53,953 nucleotides of DNA, taken from the IMG/VR virus record IMGVR_UViG_3300005077_000028, positions 1-53,953 of that record; one strand, given 5' to 3'. Numbering within the stretch: position 1 is the stretch's first letter; each line of letters opens with the position of its first letter. The notes beneath the pieces were generated by a model that saw nothing but the letters and a program-made list of their open reading frames with translations, was not told where the DNA came from and ran no database searches. Source of the DNA: a virus. Its lineage: Duplodnaviria; Caudoviricetes. Made by a program: the position numbers and the translations under genes. This document shows positions 1 through 10,049 of this stretch, one piece after another.

Positions 1-96
1 CACAATGTAAAATCTTAAATTCAACAGTTTCATTAAAATCATTTATTATATATGAATTAACTTTTTGGGATTTCATTATAATTTCTCATTTTTAAA

Positions 97-172
97 TGGA
101 CCGCCTAGAGGGATTTGAACCCCCGACCTAACGGGTAGAAACCGTTTGTTCTTTCCACTGAACTATAGGCGG
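97..172 (-). tRNA. tRNA-Arg(TCT)
   Basis: The reverse complement folds as a cloverleaf: acceptor CCGCCTA/TAGGCGG, anticodon arm AACGG-TTTCTAC-CCGTT, T-loop GGTTCAAAT, encoded CCA. Confidence 0.93.
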
Positions 173-182
173 TTAATACTTT

Positions 183-257
183 TGGAGCGTATGAGGGGAA
201 TTGAACCCCTATCTTCAGGGTGGAAGCCTGACATAATATCCTTTATACTACACACGC
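183..257 (-). tRNA. tRNA-Gly(TCC)
   Basis: Acceptor GCGTGTG/CATACGC, anticodon arm TCAGG-CTTCCAC-CCTGA, T-loop GGTTCAATT, encoded CCA. Confidence 0.93.
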
Positions 258-265
258 TCTATTTT

Positions 266-541
266 TTACTTAAAATACCTACGAGCTCGATTAGTGAAAT
301 TAATAATTTCATTTTCAATATCAAATGGAAATTCTCTATTTTTATCTTCAAGAGCTCGAATCGTAGCAATCTTAACTCCAAGATGTTTATCGAAAATATC
401 TTTATTCTTGTTAAACCGAGCCCATCCAATATGAATAATCCTATTATGTTTAAATGCTACAAGAGTACCGCGCCGCTGGCCATATTTATCCTTAAAAAAG
501 TGAACCAGCATCTTACCACCTTCAGGGCTTACATACTCCAT
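266..541 (-). CDS. hypothetical protein
   Basis: ORF co-oriented with its neighbours; no recognised motif. Confidence 0.6.
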   Translation of the reverse strand: MEYVSPEGGKMLVHFFKDKYGQRRGTLVAFKHNRIIHIGWARFNKNKDIFDKHLGVKIATIRALEDKNREFPFDIENEIINFTNRARRYFK

Positions 542-545
542 TTCC

Positions 546-1187
546 TCATTCCTTAGAATATATTCCTTGAAGTCTTATATCTGTTATATAAGATTTAAAT
601 TCTTCATTTAATTTTTTTACTTTATTTGAATAAATATTAACTCTATTCTTTCTTTTAGCTTTTTCTAGAAATTCATCATTTTTTATTTTAATTGCAAATC
701 GTGATCCTCGTAACATTTCATATTCATTTTCATATGGAATAATAACTACCCCTTCACATATATTATTTTCTATTCCTAATATTACAGAATTAAATCTAGG
801 ATTATAAAATTTTATTTCTTCAAATGTAATAAGCGATCCTATTTTAGGACTTAAAAGATTTTCACAATTTATACTAATAAAGAATTCTTTTAATTTTTTA
901 TATGAAAGCCATTTTCCATCAAGATACATAGCAAAAAATAAAATTTGTTTATTTTTTCCATAATTTATTTTATTTTGAATTCCTTGACCAAATAATTCAC
1001 CATATAAATTAATATCATGTTTTTCTGACATATTACTTAAATACCAAATTAAATATTGATATTTTTGTTCTTTAATAACATTATATACTCCAAATTTTTC
1101 ATTTGTTAACTCAGGAAAAAATGTTTTCCATCTATCTAGATTCTTTATATTATATGAATTTTCTATATTTGGAAATTTTTTAAACAT
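546..1187 (-). pseudogene. rnl2: RNA ligase 2 (Rnl2 family) with internal deletion of catalytic motif I and truncated C-terminus
   Basis: MFKKFPNIENSY, YGELFGQGIQNKINYG, CEGVVI and AIKIKNDEFLE match T4 Rnl2 motifs. The EKxxG motif I segment expected after LTNEKF (~1091) is absent, and the protein stops at RLQGIYSKE. Confidence 0.75.
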
Positions 1188-1189
1188 TT

Positions 1190-1597
1190 TTAAATTTCCT
1201 CAAAATATGGATAAGAATTTATACTATAAAAAATATTCTTGATACCAGATGCTATAATATGTGTAAAACAATGTTTACAAGGTTTAGCCAAACAAAATGT
1301 ATTTGATTGACTAATTCTTACTACTAGGAGAGAAGCTCCATAAAGTTCAGTTTTAGCTTTAATAATAGCATCCATTTCAGCATGAACTGAAAATCGTTTA
1401 CCCCAAAATATTATTCTTCTATCATGAAAAGTAAACGAATCATAATCAAATACTTTATTATGTCCTTTAGATATTATTTTATGTTTATCAAATATAACAC
1501 ACCCAAGTTTAAAATGAGTTCTTCCTCGATGAACATTAGATTTTAGTGCTTCATTAACTACTATATCTATTATTTTCGAGCTCAATCTCATTATCAC
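1190..1597 (-). CDS. zinc-dependent cytidine/dCMP deaminase-family protein
   Basis: HAE...PCKHC deaminase motif, preceded by GHN. Confidence 0.85.
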   Translation of the reverse strand: MIMRLSSKIIDIVVNEALKSNVHRGRTHFKLGCVIFDKHKIISKGHNKVFDYDSFTFHDRRIIFWGKRFSVHAEMDAIIKAKTELYGASLLVVRISQSNTFCLAKPCKHCFTHIIASGIKNIFYSINSYPYFEEI

Positions 1598-1608
1598 CCA
1601 CTCACTTA

Positions 1609-1752
1609 TTAATAATACAACAAATTACTAACCCCGTAAATAACTAGACTAAGAGTTAAAATAAACCAAAACCCACCAATTTTCACATATTGATTACTAA
1701 CGTGAAAGTAAAAGAAATCAGTAATGGAACCTTTATGAAAATACTTAAACAT
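1609..1752 (-). CDS. small putative membrane protein (47 aa, not in ORF track)
   Basis: ATG after AAGGAG, directly behind an early promoter; hydrophobic C-terminal half GGFWFILTLSLVIYGV. Confidence 0.5.
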   Translation of the reverse strand: MFKYFHKGSITDFFYFHVSNQYVKIGGFWFILTLSLVIYGVSNLLYY

Positions 1753-1786
1753 TTTAGACTCTCCTTTTTTGTTTGTTTATGATATA

Positions 1787-1817
1787 ATTATAACAAGATT
1801 TTTCTAAATGTAAATAG
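1787..1817 (-). promoter_or_regulatory. early (sigma70-type) promoter
   Basis: CTATTTAC-N17-TATAAT with extended -10 TG; same consensus at several other sites. Confidence 0.75.
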
Positions 1818-1822
1818 TTAAA

Positions 1823-2209
1823 TTAATCAGACGAATCAATGTTAATAACATACCCACATTTAGTACATTTATATATATTTTCACATTTTCCTAAATAATA
1901 ATAATTATCAATTTTATAATCATGATTACACCCAAATAAATAATATCGGACTTTCATATTTATCATATCAGGATAAATAACAAACCCAGTTCCATCTATA
2001 AAATAAAATAATTTACATCTAATAGAATTATTAAAACCTAGATTTATAGATCCATCTATAGATTTAAACATTTCTCGAATTTCAGTATTAACTACTTTTT
2101 TAAGAATAATTCCAAAATTAATAAATTCTTTTTCAGAAATTTCTCGAAAATTCTCAGGAAAATAATTATACATATCCATAATGATTTCTCCTCTCTTATA
2201 GCGTAACAA
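1823..2209 (-). CDS. hypothetical protein with C-terminal CxH/CxxC zinc-ribbon (probable start MDMYN near 2179)
   Basis: GCNHDY...YKCTKCG. Confidence 0.6.
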   Translation of the reverse strand: MLRYKRGEIIMDMYNYFPENFREISEKEFINFGIILKKVVNTEIREMFKSIDGSINLGFNNSIRCKLFYFIDGTGFVIYPDMINMKVRYYLFGCNHDYKIDNYYYLGKCENIYKCTKCGYVINIDSSD

Positions 2210-2756
2210 CTTTGAAATCTTTTACCAATTGTCCACAATATTTACACTTACTATATTGATACATTCTAGAAGTTTTAGACATTTTCTTTTTATAATGTAA
2301 TTTACACGCCCCACATTTACATTCATAAATATATTTAACTTGATTATTTTTACAATTTTTTGAAATTTCTGGATTCATTAAACAATTAGAAAATTGACCT
2401 TTAGCATGTAGACTATTCATAGACCCACCGAGTAGTTTACACATTTTTTTAAATTTAATACCATGCCCACATTTTGGACCATAAAGTACATGACAAAAGA
2501 AATGTGCAACTTCATGCATTAATATTCCAAAAACATCATCATAATCAAATTTTAATATATACTCTGAAAGGGTAATAGAAGGTTTAAAAGTTTTATACTG
2601 ATAATACCCTAATGTTATACTAAGTCTTGAAGAATATTTTAATTCTATACTAGGAATTTGTTTTTTATATCCAACTTCTTTATAAATATCTTCAAACATT
2701 TCCAATACGGATTCTAGATCTTCATTAACTTGTTGTTTTTTCTCATCAACTGTCAT
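2196..2756 (-). CDS. SprT-like zinc metalloprotease
   Basis: HEVAH, GHGIKFK and C-terminal YECKCG...CKYCG. Confidence 0.85.
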   Translation of the reverse strand: MTVDEKKQQVNEDLESVLEMFEDIYKEVGYKKQIPSIELKYSSRLSITLGYYQYKTFKPSITLSEYILKFDYDDVFGILMHEVAHFFCHVLYGPKCGHGIKFKKMCKLLGGSMNSLHAKGQFSNCLMNPEISKNCKNNQVKYIYECKCGACKLHYKKKMSKTSRMYQYSKCKYCGQLVKDFKVVTL

Positions 2757-2793
2757 TTTAGATCCTTTTTAGATATGTTTCTGTATATGTATC

Positions 2794-2824
2794 ATTATAT
2801 CATAGAATTGATAATTGTAAATAG
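2794..2824 (-). promoter_or_regulatory. early promoter (leftward of a divergent pair)
   Basis: CTATTTAC-N17-TATAAT with TG extension on the minus strand. Confidence 0.7.
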
Positions 2825-2898
2825 TAAATTAAATATTTACATATTATCAATGCTATAATATAATAATGATACAAGACAGATAAAAAAAATCTAAAAAA

Positions 2899-2929
2899 CT
2901 ATTTACATTTATAGAAATCATGATATAAT
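2899..2929 (+). promoter_or_regulatory. early promoter (rightward of a divergent pair)
   Basis: CTATTTACATTTATAGAAATCATGATATAAT with an A-tract upstream. Confidence 0.75.
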
Positions 2930-2994
2930 AAAATCATAACGGAAAATAAACAAGAAATAATTTTTAACTAATTAAAAGAGAAAGGAATTAAAAA

Positions 2995-3642
2995 ATGCTT
3001 AAGAATGCAAAAAAGAAGGTTGCTTTAGAGATGGCTCTGGCAGGTAAATCTGCTGAGGAGATTCTTATGGAGTCGGGAGTTAAGACTTTCGTTGGTGTAG
3101 TTCTTGCTCTTTATTGGGAAAGTCTTGATCGAAATGAATTAATTCGAGTTGATAATTTAAATGCTAATACTGAAAAACTTGTTAAAAAGGCTTTTAAGAA
3201 AGCAGAAGAATTTGTAAAGGCTGAAATGGATGCAGGAACTGTTTATGACGACTATGATGCTGTAGTTCTTGAAACTGCTCGCCAAGTTATTGTAACTCTT
3301 AAGGAAAATGTTAAGAAGAAAATCAAGGAAAAGGAATTTGTTAAGGCAGATCGTATTGCTAATATGGCCAAGAAGAAGGCTGAAACTCAAAAGCGTAATG
3401 ATATTCGAATGAATATTAAGGAGCTTAAAGAGAAGATTTTTATTGAGCAGAAGTTAATCGACGATGCAAACTTTATGCTCAATAGCGATGATGGTAATAT
3501 GGTTGAGATTAAGAAAGTAAAAAAGCTTGCTATGGATCGTAAACGTACCGCAATGAATCGGCTTGAAACTCTCAAAACTGAACTTGCTGAAATGACTCCT
3601 AAAAAGGTCTTTCAGATTACTGAAAACATCGTTAATGCGTAA
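2995..3642 (+). CDS. coiled-coil early protein, function unknown
   Basis: Own promoter, RBS and terminator; Lys/Glu-rich helical protein. Confidence 0.8.
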   Translation: MLKNAKKKVALEMALAGKSAEEILMESGVKTFVGVVLALYWESLDRNELIRVDNLNANTEKLVKKAFKKAEEFVKAEMDAGTVYDDYDAVVLETARQVIVTLKENVKKKIKEKEFVKADRIANMAKKKAETQKRNDIRMNIKELKEKIFIEQKLIDDANFMLNSDDGNMVEIKKVKKLAMDRKRTAMNRLETLKTELAEMTPKKVFQITENIVNA

Positions 3643-3661
3643 GTAACAAATAACACTTCAT

Positions 3662-3699
3662 GAATGGAATATAAAGAAATTTATATTCCATTCTTTTTT
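3662..3699 (+). terminator. rho-independent terminator
   Basis: GAATGGAATATAAA-gaaa-TTTATATTCCATTC followed by a T run. Confidence 0.8.
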
Positions 3700-3761
3700 C
3701 TAAATATTTAAAAAGTAAAAATTAGTGTTATAATATAATAAAAAATGGAGAAAATCTATAT

Positions 3762-3899
3762 ATGTCTAATACTATTGATAAAATGACTCAAATTGTAGAA
3801 TTTATTAATGATCAAGCAAAGAATGCTCATGTAAATACTTTAATTTGTGGAGTTTCAGGAGGAATAGATTCTGCTGTACCTATTTGTAAAATTAAATAA
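3762..3899 (+). pseudogene. nadE: NAD synthetase remnant (45 aa; not in ORF track)
   Basis: MSNTIDKMTQIVEFINDQAKNAHVNTLICGVSGGIDSAVPICKIK: the SGGIDS PP-loop is followed after only 8 residues by a stop. RBS present; first gene of the pncA-pncB cluster. Confidence 0.75.
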
Positions 3900-3911
3900 A
3901 GGAGAAAAAAA

Positions 3912-4472
3912 ATGAAAGCTATTATTCTAGTTGATTTTCAGAAGGATTTTACTGAAGTGTTTAATGGCTCTCTTGCTGTTCCTGATACTGATCAAGAATA
4001 TGTAAATGAAGTTATTAAAGCATTAAATTCTGCTAAACGAGATAGTTTACCTATTTTTGCAACAAGAGATTATCATCCAGATAATCATTCTAGTTTTAAA
4101 GAATATGGTGGATTATGGCCTAAACATTGTGTAATAAATACTTCTGGTGGAGAATTCTGTTGTGATAAAGATTTTTTTGACGAAATTATCGATAAAGGAA
4201 TTAATCCTAAAATTGATAATTATTCTGGGTTTAGAAATGGAGAAAAATCAAGTAATTTATATGAATTATTAGTAAATAAATATCAAGTTGATTCATTAGT
4301 TATTTTCGGATTAGCTACCGATTTTTGTGTAAAAGATACAGCAATTCAAGCAGCTAAATTAGGATTTAAAGTAGAAGTTGTTACAAATTTATGTAAAGGG
4401 ATTAATACATCTAATGAAATTTGGGATGAATTTAGAAAAGAAAATATTAAATTATCTATTTATCAAGGATAA
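3912..4472 (+). CDS. pncA: nicotinamidase
   Basis: VDFQKDF, GSLAV, TRDYHP.NH.SF, WPKHCV, YSGF, GLATDFCV. Confidence 0.95.
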   Translation: MKAIILVDFQKDFTEVFNGSLAVPDTDQEYVNEVIKALNSAKRDSLPIFATRDYHPDNHSSFKEYGGLWPKHCVINTSGGEFCCDKDFFDEIIDKGINPKIDNYSGFRNGEKSSNLYELLVNKYQVDSLVIFGLATDFCVKDTAIQAAKLGFKVEVVTNLCKGINTSNEIWDEFRKENIKLSIYQG

Positions 4473-4593
4473 TTATTATGTCATATGATCAATTAAAATG
4501 TAATAATTTTAGAAAATTAATTGATCATAATAATACTACTATGTACAAAATGTTTACAAGAAGTAGTTGATATTTTAAAAGGAAAATTAAAAA

Positions 4594-5853
4594 ATGAATA
4601 ATGTTTCTTTTCTAGATAATGATTTATATAAATTTACAATGGGTCAATTTATTTGGCATATGAGTCTAATAAATAAATTGCCTCCAATTCAAGTAAAATA
4701 TGAATTTAAATGTAGAGATAATGTAGATTTTTCTTGGTTAGATTTTGATAAACTTATTAGAGATATTAATATATATAAGAATAAAAAAATAACTAATGAA
4801 GAATATATTTATTTATCAACTTTACAAACAAAAAGTTTTTATTTTCCAAAACCATATAAAATCTTTGATTCTGCATATTTAGAGTTTATTAATGATAAAA
4901 TTAGTGAAAAATTTGAAAACGTAATATTTAAAATTAAAACAAATCTTAATACTTATAATAAAATAGGATTATCATTAAGTATTGAAGGTCCATGGGAAGA
5001 AGCAATTTTCTTTGAAGTTCCTATCCTTAATATGATTAGTGAACAATATACAGAATATATTACTTCTAGATTATCTCCTATTTATCAAAATATGTTTAAT
5101 GAAATTGGGGATAAAAATCTAGATTTTAAGATTCGAAAAATTTGTGCTAATCGTAGTTTACGATTTAGTGATTTTGGTACTAGACGAAGATCGTCATTTA
5201 AAAATCAATGTAAAGTTTTAAAGAAATTAACTAATTTAGGAGATGATGGGTATCATTTATCTGGAACTTCAAATATGTTATTAGCTAAACAATTAAATAT
5301 TCCATGTATTGGTACATTTGCTCATGAATTACCTATGGTATTAGCAAGTATATTTAATGATGATTTAGAAAAAACTTATAAGTTTATTATGGAAGAATGG
5401 ACTCAATATTATAAAGGATATTTATCTATATTCTTAACTGATACATTTACTACTGATCATTTATTTAAAATTTCTGGTAAGAAATTAGTTAATAGTTTCG
5501 AAGGAGTTCGTCAAGATTCTGGAGATCCATTTGAATTTGGTTGTAAATATATTAAATTATGTAAAGAAAATAATATTAATCCTAGAAACAGAGTAATTGT
5601 TTTTTCTGATAATTTAACTTTAGATTTGATGGAGAATTTATTAGATTATTTTAAAGATCAAGTTTGGGTAACATTCGGTTGGGGAACAAATCTTACTAAT
5701 GATTGTGGATTTAAACCATTAAATAACGTTATTAAAGTAAGTGAATGTTATACAGAAGGTAAATATTACAATCCTGTAAAATTATCAGATGATTTAGGTA
5801 AACATACTGGAATTAATCATAGACTCGATATGTATATGGAAAAGGTAAAATAA
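4594..5853 (+). CDS. pncB: nicotinate phosphoribosyltransferase
   Basis: LDNDLYKFTM, DFGTRRR, GTSN, GTFAHE, RQDSGDP, FSDNL, FGWGTNLTND, VKLSDD.GK. Confidence 0.95.
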   Translation: MNNVSFLDNDLYKFTMGQFIWHMSLINKLPPIQVKYEFKCRDNVDFSWLDFDKLIRDINIYKNKKITNEEYIYLSTLQTKSFYFPKPYKIFDSAYLEFINDKISEKFENVIFKIKTNLNTYNKIGLSLSIEGPWEEAIFFEVPILNMISEQYTEYITSRLSPIYQNMFNEIGDKNLDFKIRKICANRSLRFSDFGTRRRSSFKNQCKVLKKLTNLGDDGYHLSGTSNMLLAKQLNIPCIGTFAHELPMVLASIFNDDLEKTYKFIMEEWTQYYKGYLSIFLTDTFTTDHLFKISGKKLVNSFEGVRQDSGDPFEFGCKYIKLCKENNINPRNRVIVFSDNLTLDLMENLLDYFKDQVWVTFGWGTNLTNDCGFKPLNNVIKVSECYTEGKYYNPVKLSDDLGKHTGINHRLDMYMEKVK

Positions 5854-6734
5854 TGTTTGATTTGAATAAAGAGTATTCTGGAATTAGTAAAAGTTCTACT
5901 CCTTCAATGAGTATATTAGTAGGAACTTCAAAATGTAATTTATCATGTAAATATTGTGTAAGTAAATTAACTTAACCGATGAAAAATAATACAGAATTAT
6001 TTTATAGAAATATCGATTTAGCTATTAATGTTGCTAAACAATTTGGGGTATATACTTTACTTTTTACTGGTAAAGGAGAACCGTTATATGATGAATTATT
6101 AGCAAATAAAATATATCAATTAAATAAAAATAATGATTTTATTATTGAAATTCAAACGAATGGAGTTCTTTTAAAAGAACGATTAAAGGTATTATTAAGT
6201 AATGCATCTACTATTCCTAATACTATTGCTATTAGTATGGTTGATTTTGATAGAAATAAAGAAATAATGGGAGAAAATGCTCTTTCATTTGAAGGGTTAA
6301 AAGAACGAATTGAATTATGTAAAAAACATGATATTAATATTAGATTAACATTTGTTTGTATGAAAGGGTTTAATGATACATTAGAAAAAATATATCAAAC
6401 AATTTTTAAGTGTCAAGAATTGGGGGTTGATCAAGTAACATTTAGATTAATGGGAATGCCTAGAAATACAAATAGAAATATCTTTAATTATTGTGTAGAT
6501 AATATTATTAATAAAATGCAATGGAATAGTATTTTAGAATCTATTAATTCTGAGAAACAACATGAATTAATGAGCATATATGATTGGGGAAGTGTTTCTT
6601 GGATTATTGCTGGATTAGAAGTATTGTTTGCTAAGTGTTTAACAAATCCAAGTAAAACTGGAAAAATTAGAAATCTTATTTATGATGGTCATATGAGGAA
6701 ATCTTGGGAATATCCAAAAGCTTTAATTTTTTAA
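5853..6734 (+). pseudogene. radical SAM protein interrupted by an in-frame TAA at 5973-5975
   Basis: ATG 5853 overlaps the pncB stop and reads CNLSCKYC, then TAA, then continues in frame into ORF 5979..6734 (TGKGEP, QTNG). Confidence 0.8.
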
Positions 6735-6750
6735 ATATAGGATAAATAAA

Positions 6751-7140
6751 ATGAATATTGGAATTGATATACACGGTGTAATTGATAAAGATCCAGAGAA
6801 ATGGAAACTGGCAATGAAAATGTATAAACATTATGGGATTAATGTTTATATTATTTCAGGTCCATCTGTTGAGCAATGTATAGATGAATTAGAAAAGTTA
6901 GGGTTTTATCTTTTTGATGATTATCAAAGAATATATTCTATTATAGATACATTAGAAGAAATGAATGATCCTGACCGTTATCTAGATGAGAATGGGCATA
7001 TATGGACTAAAAAAGAAACTTGGGATTCAATTAAAGGTTTACTTTGTTATCAAAATAATATAAAATTTATGTATGATGATACTTTAGATTATAAAAAATA
7101 TATGCCTGAAAAAACTGTATTTATATATATGGGAGACTAA
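6751..7140 (+). CDS. HAD-fold phosphatase-like protein
   Basis: IGIDIHGVI motif I variant, IISG, and MYDD motif IV. Confidence 0.65.
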   Translation: MNIGIDIHGVIDKDPEKWKLAMKMYKHYGINVYIISGPSVEQCIDELEKLGFYLFDDYQRIYSIIDTLEEMNDPDRYLDENGHIWTKKETWDSIKGLLCYQNNIKFMYDDTLDYKKYMPEKTVFIYMGD

Positions 7141-8906
7141 TGAATTTACAAATATATAATAAATATGATTCATTTAGAGAATATCAAGAAAATACTATAA
7201 AAGATATTATCAATTTAATACTTCATACAAATAAGAAATTTATTATATTACAGGCTCCTACTGGGTCTGGTAAATCTTTAATAGCTTATGTATTATCTAA
7301 ATATTTTTCTGATAATTATCAGACTAAATACCCTAATAAAGATTCTAGTTATAAAGGATATAGAACATATATTACTACTTCTTTGAAAATGTTAATGGAT
7401 CAATATGAATCTGAATTTGGTGGAAAAATTCCAATTATAAAAGGGGCAGATAACTATGAATGTCATATTACTGGAGAATTATATAATGATGGACCCTGTC
7501 ATTCATCTAAATCTCCAGTATATAGTTGGCCGTGTTATTCTAAATGTGAATATAGGATAAAAAGATCTAATGCTCGATTATCCCCTATTACTATATCAAA
7601 TTTTCATTATTTACTTTTAGAATTTGATTTTGTTAAACAATTAGGAAAAAGAGATTTATTTATCGCAGATGAAGTACACGAATTAGAAAAAATAATAATG
7701 GAATATGGCTCTGTTAATTTTTCTTTTAATATTATATCTAAATTTAATAATATTCTAGGAAATATAAAAAATAATAAAGAAGAAATATGGGTAAAATGTA
7801 AAAATAAACAATATTCAATTAAAGAATTAAATATACATGATTTTTTATATAAATTAGAGGGATTAGAATATACTGAATTTATTAAAACAATAATAGAACG
7901 ATTTAATATATATATAAAAAATAATATTATTAAATTAATAGAATTACTTAATAAAGTAATTACTGATAAAGTTGCCGAATTAGAAGTAATAAAACGATTA
8001 AATGATGTAGAGATAGGACACGAATTAGTAAAATTAAATTATCATATTTTAAGTAAAAATTTAAAATTCTTTGAGCGAATTTTATGTAAAATAAGTAATT
8101 TTGAAAAAGATAAAGAAAAAACAGAATGGGTTTTAGATGTAGAAAAAGATAATAAATCTATTAAAGGATTTAGTTTAAAACCAATAAAAGTAAATTTTAT
8201 TACTAATGATGTAATATCTACAATGGCAGATAAATTTGTAATGATGAGTGCTACTATTGGAGATTATAAAAGATTTTGTGAAAATCTAGGAATAAATAAA
8301 AATGAAGCTGAATTTATAGATATACCTTCTACATTTCCAGTTCAAAATAGATTATTTCATTTTATTCCTACTGCTAAATTAAATTATTCTAATATTAATT
8401 CTAATATTAATAAAATACTTAATAAATTAGATACAGATATTATTTCAGAATTTAAAAATGATAAGGGAATAATACATAGTATATCTTATAAAAACGCTAA
8501 ATTTATACAAACATACAGTAAACATAGTGATAGAATATTAATACATGATAGTTTTAATAAACACCAAGTAATTGAAAAATTTATGAATTCTAAAAACAAA
8601 ATTCTAGTTAGCCCTAGTATCCTTCAAGGATTAGATTTAAAAGAAGAATTATCTAGATTTCAGGTATTTATAAAGGTTCCATATTTAAGTTTAGGAAGTA
8701 AACAAATAAAACGAAGAATGGAATTAGATGAAGGATGGTACGCTTATCAAGCAATATTATCTATCGTTCAAGGAGCAGGAAGATCAATTAGATCTAAATC
8801 AGATAAAGCTGTAACATTTATTCTAGATGAAAATTTCAAATTTCTATATAATAGATATAGAAATTTATTTCCGAAATATTTTTTAGAATCTATTATTTTA
8901 CATTAA
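7140..8906 (+). CDS. DinG/XPD-like SF2 helicase
   Basis: Q-motif FREYQ, APTGSGKS, Cys cluster, DEVH, SAT, QGLD, QGAGRSIRS. Confidence 0.9.
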   Translation: MNLQIYNKYDSFREYQENTIKDIINLILHTNKKFIILQAPTGSGKSLIAYVLSKYFSDNYQTKYPNKDSSYKGYRTYITTSLKMLMDQYESEFGGKIPIIKGADNYECHITGELYNDGPCHSSKSPVYSWPCYSKCEYRIKRSNARLSPITISNFHYLLLEFDFVKQLGKRDLFIADEVHELEKIIMEYGSVNFSFNIISKFNNILGNIKNNKEEIWVKCKNKQYSIKELNIHDFLYKLEGLEYTEFIKTIIERFNIYIKNNIIKLIELLNKVITDKVAELEVIKRLNDVEIGHELVKLNYHILSKNLKFFERILCKISNFEKDKEKTEWVLDVEKDNKSIKGFSLKPIKVNFITNDVISTMADKFVMMSATIGDYKRFCENLGINKNEAEFIDIPSTFPVQNRLFHFIPTAKLNYSNINSNINKILNKLDTDIISEFKNDKGIIHSISYKNAKFIQTYSKHSDRILIHDSFNKHQVIEKFMNSKNKILVSPSILQGLDLKEELSRFQVFIKVPYLSLGSKQIKRRMELDEGWYAYQAILSIVQGAGRSIRSKSDKAVTFILDENFKFLYNRYRNLFPKYFLESIILH

Positions 8907-8948
8907 CATTTTTACATTATATAATATATATTATTTATTAATCATCTA

Positions 8949-10049
8949 TTGAAAGGTAATATATTAATGTTTATTAGTGAAAATAAAAATTGGAAAACAT
9001 TATCTTCAGAATCTTTTAATTATATTTTCAATAAAATAAACGGTTTTACTGCAATATGGGGAAAAACAAAAGAAGAAAACCCAAAATATTGTGAATTTGG
9101 TCCTATTATTGCTGATATAGAAATATCAACAATTTGTTCTGGATTAGGTAAACCATGCTCTTTTTGTTATAAATCAAATACTCCAAAAGGTAAAAATATG
9201 TCTTTTGGAACATTTAAAACTATTCTAGAAAAATTACCAAAAACTCTAACACAAATTGCTTTTGGTATTGGAGATATAGATTCTAATCTAGATCTATGGA
9301 GAATTTTAGAATATTCTAGAGAACAAGGTATAATTCCTAATATTACTATTAATGGAAATATAAAAGAAGAAGAATATTATAATAAATTAGTAAATTATTG
9401 TGGAGCAGTAGCCGTAAGTCATTATGATGATGATGTATGCTTTAATGCAGTATCTATGCTTACTTCTAAAATTAATAATATTTTTCCAAATAATCTAAAA
9501 CAAGTAAATATCCATCAATTATTATCAGAAGAAACGTTTAATGAATGTATTACTTTATTACATAAAGCCAAAACTGATATTAGATTAAAAGATCTAAATG
9601 CTATTGTATTTCTATTACTTAAACCAAAAGGAAATCGTAATAAATTAAATACTATCAAATCAATAGAAAAATTTAAAATATTATATGATTTAGCTAAAGA
9701 AAATAATATTAAAATTGGATTTGATAGTTGTTCTGCTCCTTGGTTTTTAAATGCTATATCAGATGAACCTGAATTTAAAGAAATAGAACAAATGGTAGAT
9801 TGTTGTGAATCAACTCTATTCTCAATTTATATAAATGTAAATGGAGAATTTTATCCTTGTTCTTTCACCGAAAATGAACAAAATTGGAATAATGGTTTAG
9901 ATATTGTAAATTGTAATAATTTTTTAAATGATATTTGGAATAATGAAAGAACTATTAAATTTAGAAATTCTTTATTAAACCAACAAAACGATTTATCTGA
10001 TACTTATAGAGAATGCCCTACTTTTAAGGAGATTACAATAAAATGTTAA
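8949..10049 (+). CDS. radical SAM enzyme with C-terminal SPASM/twitch-like cysteines (probable start ATG 8967)
   Basis: CSGLGKPCSFCY (CX6CX2C), NITING, and C-terminal CCES...YPCSF...ECP. Confidence 0.85.
   Translation: MKGNILMFISENKNWKTLSSESFNYIFNKINGFTAIWGKTKEENPKYCEFGPIIADIEISTICSGLGKPCSFCYKSNTPKGKNMSFGTFKTILEKLPKTLTQIAFGIGDIDSNLDLWRILEYSREQGIIPNITINGNIKEEEYYNKLVNYCGAVAVSHYDDDVCFNAVSMLTSKINNIFPNNLKQVNIHQLLSEETFNECITLLHKAKTDIRLKDLNAIVFLLLKPKGNRNKLNTIKSIEKFKILYDLAKENNIKIGFDSCSAPWFLNAISDEPEFKEIEQMVDCCESTLFSIYINVNGEFYPCSFTENEQNWNNGLDIVNCNNFLNDIWNNERTIKFRNSLLNQQNDLSDTYRECPTFKEITIKC

Noticed and set aside
130-146. Amber suppressor tRNA (CTA visible in the anticodon loop)
   Set aside because: The 7-nt loop is TTTCTAC, so the central anticodon is TCT (Arg).
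146-556. 136-aa plus-strand ORF
   Set aside because: Antisense to two tRNAs and a minus-strand gene.
5853-6734. Viperin-like enzyme or selenocysteine readthrough
   Set aside because: It lacks viperin motifs that I can recognise, and the stop is TAA rather than TGA.
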